Assembly: GCA_051362555.1 (NCBI GenBank)
Contig: JBPQGU010000016.1
Coordinates: 4,526,001-4,590,000 of the forward strand
DNA length: 64,000 bases
Reading direction: 5' to 3'
Source: Lingula anatina
Taxonomy: Eukaryota; Animalia; Brachiopoda
The notes below the pieces were generated by a model. It saw nothing but the letters and a program-made list of their open reading frames with translations, was not told where the DNA came from and ran no database searches. The first letter of the stretch is position 1. Every line of letters starts with the position of its first letter. Shown here in pieces: positions 63,001 to 64,000 of the stretch. The position numbers and the translations under genes were made by a program.

Positions 63001-64000
63001 CTATAATGAAGAAAAAAAAATTTTCATCCCTACCTGGCCAAAATTGAAGAAATCTCACAGTGCCGGCACTGTTCAAAATCACTCAAAATCACCAAAAATC
63101 GACCCGTCTCCGATTTTTCCAAAAAGTGACGAAAATCAATCTACCACACCTGTCATTCATAAAAAATGTGGAAACGCGCCCGGGTCACTTCATCAAGGCC
63201 CCCAATTCTAGCTTTAAAGATGATCCAAAAATAAGCTCTGAGAACAGAATCTGAGAGGGGGGGGGGAGACAGAGTTTTTGCTCTATTTCTTCCTTAATGT
63301 TGACACCACCACTCTTCCAGCACTTTATTCGTACTACAAATGACCGAACACACCTACCTGACACTATAATGAAGAAAAAAAAATTTTCATCCCTACCTGG
63401 CCAAAATTGAAGAAATCTCACAGTGCCGGCACTGTTCAAAATCACTCAAAATCACCAAAATTCGACCCGTCTCCGATTTTTCCAAAAAGTGACGAAAATC
63501 AATCTACCACACCTGTCATTCATAAAAAATGTGGAAACGCGCCCGGGTCACATCATCAAGGCCCCTAATTCTAGCTTTAAAGATGATCCAAAAAGCTCTG
63601 AGAACAGAATCTGAGAGGGGGGGGGAGACAGAGTTTTTGCTCTATTTCTTCCTTAATGTTGACACCACCACTCTTCCAGCACTTTATTCTTACTACAAAT
63701 GACCGAACACACCTACCTGACACTATAATGAAGAAAAAAAATTTTCATCCCTACCTGGACAAATTTGAAGAAATCTCACAGTGCCGGCACTGTTCAAAAT
63801 CACTCAAAATCACCAAAAATCGACCCGTCTCCGATTTTTCCAAAAAGTGACGAAAATCAATCTACCACACCTGTCATTCATAAAAAATGTGGAAACGCGC
63901 CCGGGTCACTTCATCAAGGCCCCCAATTCTAGCTTTAAAGATGATCCAAAAATAAGCTCTGAGAACAGAATCTGAGAGGGGGGGGGGGGGGAGACAGAGT
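36100..64000. repeat. Satellite array (right), ~362-bp monomer, ~77 copies, runs off the window end
   Basis: Same monomer and orientation as the left array. First monomer (~36100-36470) is degenerate; more variants and local higher-order repeats. Confidence 0.99.

Noticed and set aside
130-63975. Hundreds of 60-140-aa ORFs (MLTPPLFQH..., MPALFKITQ..., MSGRCVRS...) as a tandem gene family
   Set aside because: They are translations of the satellite in overlapping frames, many from non-ATG starts, freely broken by indels and stops, with no recognisable domain.

Overview
Eukaryotic DNA, probably a marine invertebrate (AT-rich, GT-AG introns, metazoan transposon families). No host protein-coding gene is recognisable. 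Two arrays of one ~362-bp satellite (1-5679 and ~36100-64000, centromere/heterochromatin-like) flank a ~30-kb island of nested transposons. The island contains: a 5'-truncated Penelope-like element with inverted pseudo-LTRs, each carrying a hammerhead-ribozyme motif; a palindromic Tc1 derivative; an intron-containing Kolobok-like transposase remnant; two decayed DIRS-type tyrosine-recombinase retrotransposons; a 2.9-kb TIR element with a 9-bp TSD; a 34-bp G-rich minisatellite; an intact, very young BEL/Pao LTR retrotransposon (1953-aa ORF, 825-bp LTRs, ATATG TSD) and a Harbinger-like MITE, both inserted in the second DIRS; and an IS3EU-like foldback element. The best leads are: the BEL element has no tRNA PBS but has a 9-nt LTR/PBS-position complementarity (possible self-priming); its Gag has PAM2-like motifs; and a diverged ~184-bp-period relative of the satellite lies near the old array edge. 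The many short ORFs in the satellite are artefacts.
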